From NCBI GenBank assembly GCA_963769935.1, contig CAVYNY010000013.1, positions 128,001-192,000 on the forward strand: a DNA stretch of 64,000 bases, written 5' to 3'. Source of the stretch: an uncultured delta proteobacterium. GTDB lineage: Bacteria > Desulfobacterota > Desulfobacteria > Desulfobacterales > JAFDCJ01. Shown one piece after another: positions 61,239 to 64,000 of this stretch. Position 1 is the first letter of the stretch. Each line of letters starts with the position of its first letter. Below the pieces are notes generated by a model. That model worked only from the letters and a program-made list of their open reading frames with translations. It searched no databases and was not told the DNA's origin. The translations under genes and the position numbers were made by a program.

Positions 61239-61916
61239 TCAAAAAATTTCACGTATATTCTCGCGCTGGTCTACCATGTAAATCAGCGCGACCATCCGGC
61301 TGAGATCTAACTGGAGTTGTTTGAGCCTGGAGCGATCGATGCTGTGCATTCGAATAAAAACCTTGCGGTACCCGTCCGGGACTTTGTCGTAAGATGAGAG
61401 GATGCTTACCATCCGCCCGCCGTATTTCCGAATGACATCAGCCACCTCCTTAATGGAACCTGTCCGGTCTTCAAGTTGAAAAGCAAACTGAATACCGCCC
61501 TTGCCCACGCCGGTGAGCGCTATGAGAACCCGAAACAAATCCGTCTGGGTGATGATTCCGACAAGTCCCCCGTTCTGATCCACAACCGGAACGCCGGATA
61601 TTTTATTTTCGAGCAGCACCTGGGCGCTTTCCTCAACCGTATAATTGTAGGGGACCGTGACAGGGTCTTTAGACATGATGCTGCCGACCTTGATCTTTGA
61701 AATCAGGTACAGCAGTTCATGAATATCCAGGGTCGTGGCATCTGAAGCAGAGGCCCTTTTCAAATCACGATCGGTGACCACCCCGACCAGTTTTCCCTTT
61801 TTTAAAACCGGCAGGATGCGAATGCCGTTTTCCTTCATCAATTTCAGCGCATCCTGCATGGAATCATCGACATCGACGGTGATCACATTTTTGCTCATCC
61901 AATTGCTTACTAACAT
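61239..61916 (-). CDS. CBS-pair + ACT domain protein (AcuB-like)
   Basis: LVGVVTDRDL, LVGIITQTD, EDRTGSI ACT loop. Confidence 0.9.
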   Translation of the reverse strand: MLVSNWMSKNVITVDVDDSMQDALKLMKENGIRILPVLKKGKLVGVVTDRDLKRASASDATTLDIHELLYLISKIKVGSIMSKDPVTVPYNYTVEESAQVLLENKISGVPVVDQNGGLVGIITQTDLFRVLIALTGVGKGGIQFAFQLEDRTGSIKEVADVIRKYGGRMVSILSSYDKVPDGYRKVFIRMHSIDRSRLKQLQLDLSRMVALIYMVDQRENIREIF

Positions 61917-62037
61917 GATTTTACCTCCCTTTAGTCAGCCATTTATGTCATTGACAAGCCAACATGAACGACAACGAAATTACGCCCTAACCTCTGATCC
62001 GTAAATGCCTGCATCCAGGCTTTTCCAACAATCATAA

Positions 62038-62053
62038 AGCAAGGGATATGCCA
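62038..62053 (-). promoter_or_regulatory. Sigma-54 (-24/-12) promoter
   Basis: Minus strand TGGCATATCCCTTGCT (GG-N10-GC) upstream of the CBS-ACT gene. Confidence 0.75.
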
Positions 62054-62363
62054 GAATAAGAAATCCCGCCGGGTGCTTGTAAGTTGTTGGATTTTTGAGC
62101 GATAAAATCTGGCGTTGAAGAAAACGCAGGCAAGGTCTTCTCAACGGTGTCGAAATTTTTTACAGGATGTAAACGCTTGACCAGGAGTTATCAGGTGCCC
62201 CTGCTTCGCCTTCCAGGCTTCCGACTTCGTCACGCCTGCAGCGTGACTATGACGGGAGTAGAGTAGAGACGAGCTCCATGTTCAATGGCCAAGGCGGGAT
62301 CTTCGACATGCCCAGGGTCCTCTGCGAAGATGGATAAATCCCAAATGAGGGTTACCAGCCGTT

Positions 62364-62686
62364 TTAAAACAATTTGACGGCCCGGCACAGAAGATCAACG
62401 GCGGCATTTATTTCTACAGCATTTCCCGCATGCTTCGCCTTCTCGGTAAACAACCACCTGGTAACCATGTGGCTGAATATTCCCATGAAAAGGTTTACAA
62501 AAATGCGATTGTTGATTTCAGGTCGAATGCTGCCGTCTCGCTTTCCCTCTTCCAGGATGTCGTAAATACTTTCCAGATAATTTTTAAACGGCTGATAAGC
62601 CCTGGAAGCATAGAACCGGGGATTATAAATGGCGTCGAACAAAAAAACCTTCGTGAAAACCGGCTTATTCACCGGATTACCGCCTT
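62364..62686 (-). pseudogene. C-terminal fragment of a TetR-family regulator
   Basis: ILEEGKRDGSIRPEIN..FMG..HMVTRW; no HTH or start. Confidence 0.6.
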
Positions 62687-62920
62687 CCCATTCAATCGGG
62701 AGCCACCCGGCTGTTTGGCGCACTAAAGCCCTGGGCGCCCTCTTTTTCTTACGGTCTCATCATGATTCTGGATTCGGATTTCATGCCGATGGCCAGCGCC
62801 CAGTCAAGGGCCAACGGCCGGCGCCACGGCATTACCGCTGCGTTGGAATGGCGGGGCGATTTAATCGCCGTCAGCAAGGGAAGCAATGAACTGCTTAAGC
62901 TCAGTATGAAGGGACTGTAA
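62687..62920 (+). pseudogene. C-terminal fragment of a strictosidine-synthase-like protein associated with sugar ABC operons
   Basis: Own translation PIQSGATRLFGALKPWAPSFSYGLIMILD..SRANGRRHGIT; TAATG overlap with the next gene. Confidence 0.5.
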
Positions 62921-63461
62921 TGACCGCCAACGCCCTCCTGGAAACCAGAAAAGTCACTAAAACCTACGGCGGCATTCCCGCCATTGATGCCGGGGACTTT
63001 GATTTGCAGCAGGGGGAGGTCCACGCCCTGGTGGGTGAAAACGGGGCCGGCAAGTAACCCTGTGCAAGGTTATCGCCGGCGTTGTCGCCATGGACCAAGG
63101 TGAAATGCTGCTCGAAGGAAAACCGCTGACCATTGCAAGCCCACGTGATTCATTTAAGCAGGGCATCTCGATGGTTTTTCAGGAAACCAGCCTTGTGCCC
63201 CAGCTCACGGTCGCTCAAAATATGGTTATTATTTTTGACGAACCCACGCGCGGGGTAGATGTCGGGGCCATTGCCGAAATTCGCAGCATCATCAGGAAGT
63301 TAGCCGACGGTGGTGCCGGTGTCGTCGTGATATCTTCTTATCTTCCGGAAATCCTGGATATTTCAGATCGAATCCTGGTGGCCCGCGGCGGGACGATTGT
63401 GGCGGAATTTTCCAAGGATGAAGCCACGCCCGAAAAAATACTGCACGCCGCAATTCACTAA
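62920..63461 (+). pseudogene. Sugar (CUT2) ABC ATPase pseudogene with frameshift and large internal deletion
   Basis: VHALVGENGAGK then TAA/frameshift; VFQETSLVPQLTVAQNM joined directly to VIIFDEPTRGVDVGA of the second ABC domain. Confidence 0.85.
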
Positions 63462-63767
63462 TTATGGATTGGACTCCTTCTTGATAATTCGATAGGTTTC
63501 TTCGTAGATAGTTTTGCGAGGTCCGACAGCTACAATATCGATGGTTTGTTTTGAAGATATGCGATAAATTATTCTAAACCTGCTGATTCGGCAGCTCCTT
63601 AACCCCTCCAACTCATCTTTGAGAGACTTGCCGGACTCAGGTTCAGTTATGATGTGTCGCAATCCAGCCTTGATTTTTCTTTTTAACTGCGGATGACACC
63701 CCCTGATTAAAGCAACGATCTCGTCGGGCACCCTGAGCTTTCTTCGAATACGGTCCTGCGGAGCCAT
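63462..63767 (-). CDS. RelE/ParE-family toxin
   Basis: GKSLKDELEGLRS.RISRFRIIY, VAVGPRKTIY; directly downstream of antitoxin. Confidence 0.85.
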   Translation of the reverse strand: MAPQDRIRRKLRVPDEIVALIRGCHPQLKRKIKAGLRHIITEPESGKSLKDELEGLRSCRISRFRIIYRISSKQTIDIVAVGPRKTIYEETYRIIKKESNP

Positions 63768-63770
63768 GAT

Positions 63771-64000
63771 TTATTTGAAAAGCTCCTCTAAGGTATACAC
63801 GCTTGCATTCTTCTTTAGCGCGGCGATGCCTTTTTTTACCTCGCTCATCAAGTCTGCATCGGCTTTTATTGTAATGGTTTCACGCCAGCCCTCAAATTCA
63901 TCCGGACTTATCAGAACAGCCGCGGGTCGTCCATTTTTGGTTATAACGATCTCTGCATCGGTTGATTGAACCTTCTCGATAAGTTCGCTCAGTTTCATTT
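63771..64000 (-). CDS. Phd/YefM-family antitoxin; 5' end probably outside the window
   Basis: KLSELIEKV, IVITKNGRPAAVLIS..E. Confidence 0.88.
   Translation of the reverse strand, partial: MKLSELIEKVQSTDAEIVITKNGRPAAVLISPDEFEGWRETITIKADADLMSEVKKGIAALKKNASVYTLEELFK

Overview
A 64-kb chromosomal window from an anaerobic, selenium-using deltaproteobacterium. Gene content, the FdhAB type and degenerate 7-9-mer intergenic repeats point to Desulfobacterales (inference). Housekeeping blocks: livKHMGF, nadK, metK-ahcY, a Tat-exported Sec formate dehydrogenase (fdhAB-fdhE) with dsbD, a dpp/opp transporter and mscS. These are interleaved with decayed accessory patches at about 2-7, 26-33 and 62-64 kb. 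Highlights: (1) A stand-alone Na+-type Fo operon (atpZ-I-B-E1-E2-F'-F, no F1 genes). Its first c subunit is a 324-aa four-hairpin fusion whose two middle hairpins lack the ion-binding Glu. It sits beside a normal two-carboxylate c subunit, inside a cluster with a putative Na+/H+ antiporter, two kinases, a response regulator, a USP and two cytidylate-kinase-like genes. (2) Three selenoproteins that the ORF track splits or truncates at UGA: FdhA U192, an AhpD-like CxxU protein and an exported UxxC redoxin. Each has a SECIS-like hairpin. (3) Several genes collapsed by internal deletion or fusion. No rRNA, tRNA, CRISPR array or intact transposase/integrase was recognised. All family calls come from motif recognition by eye, not database searches.
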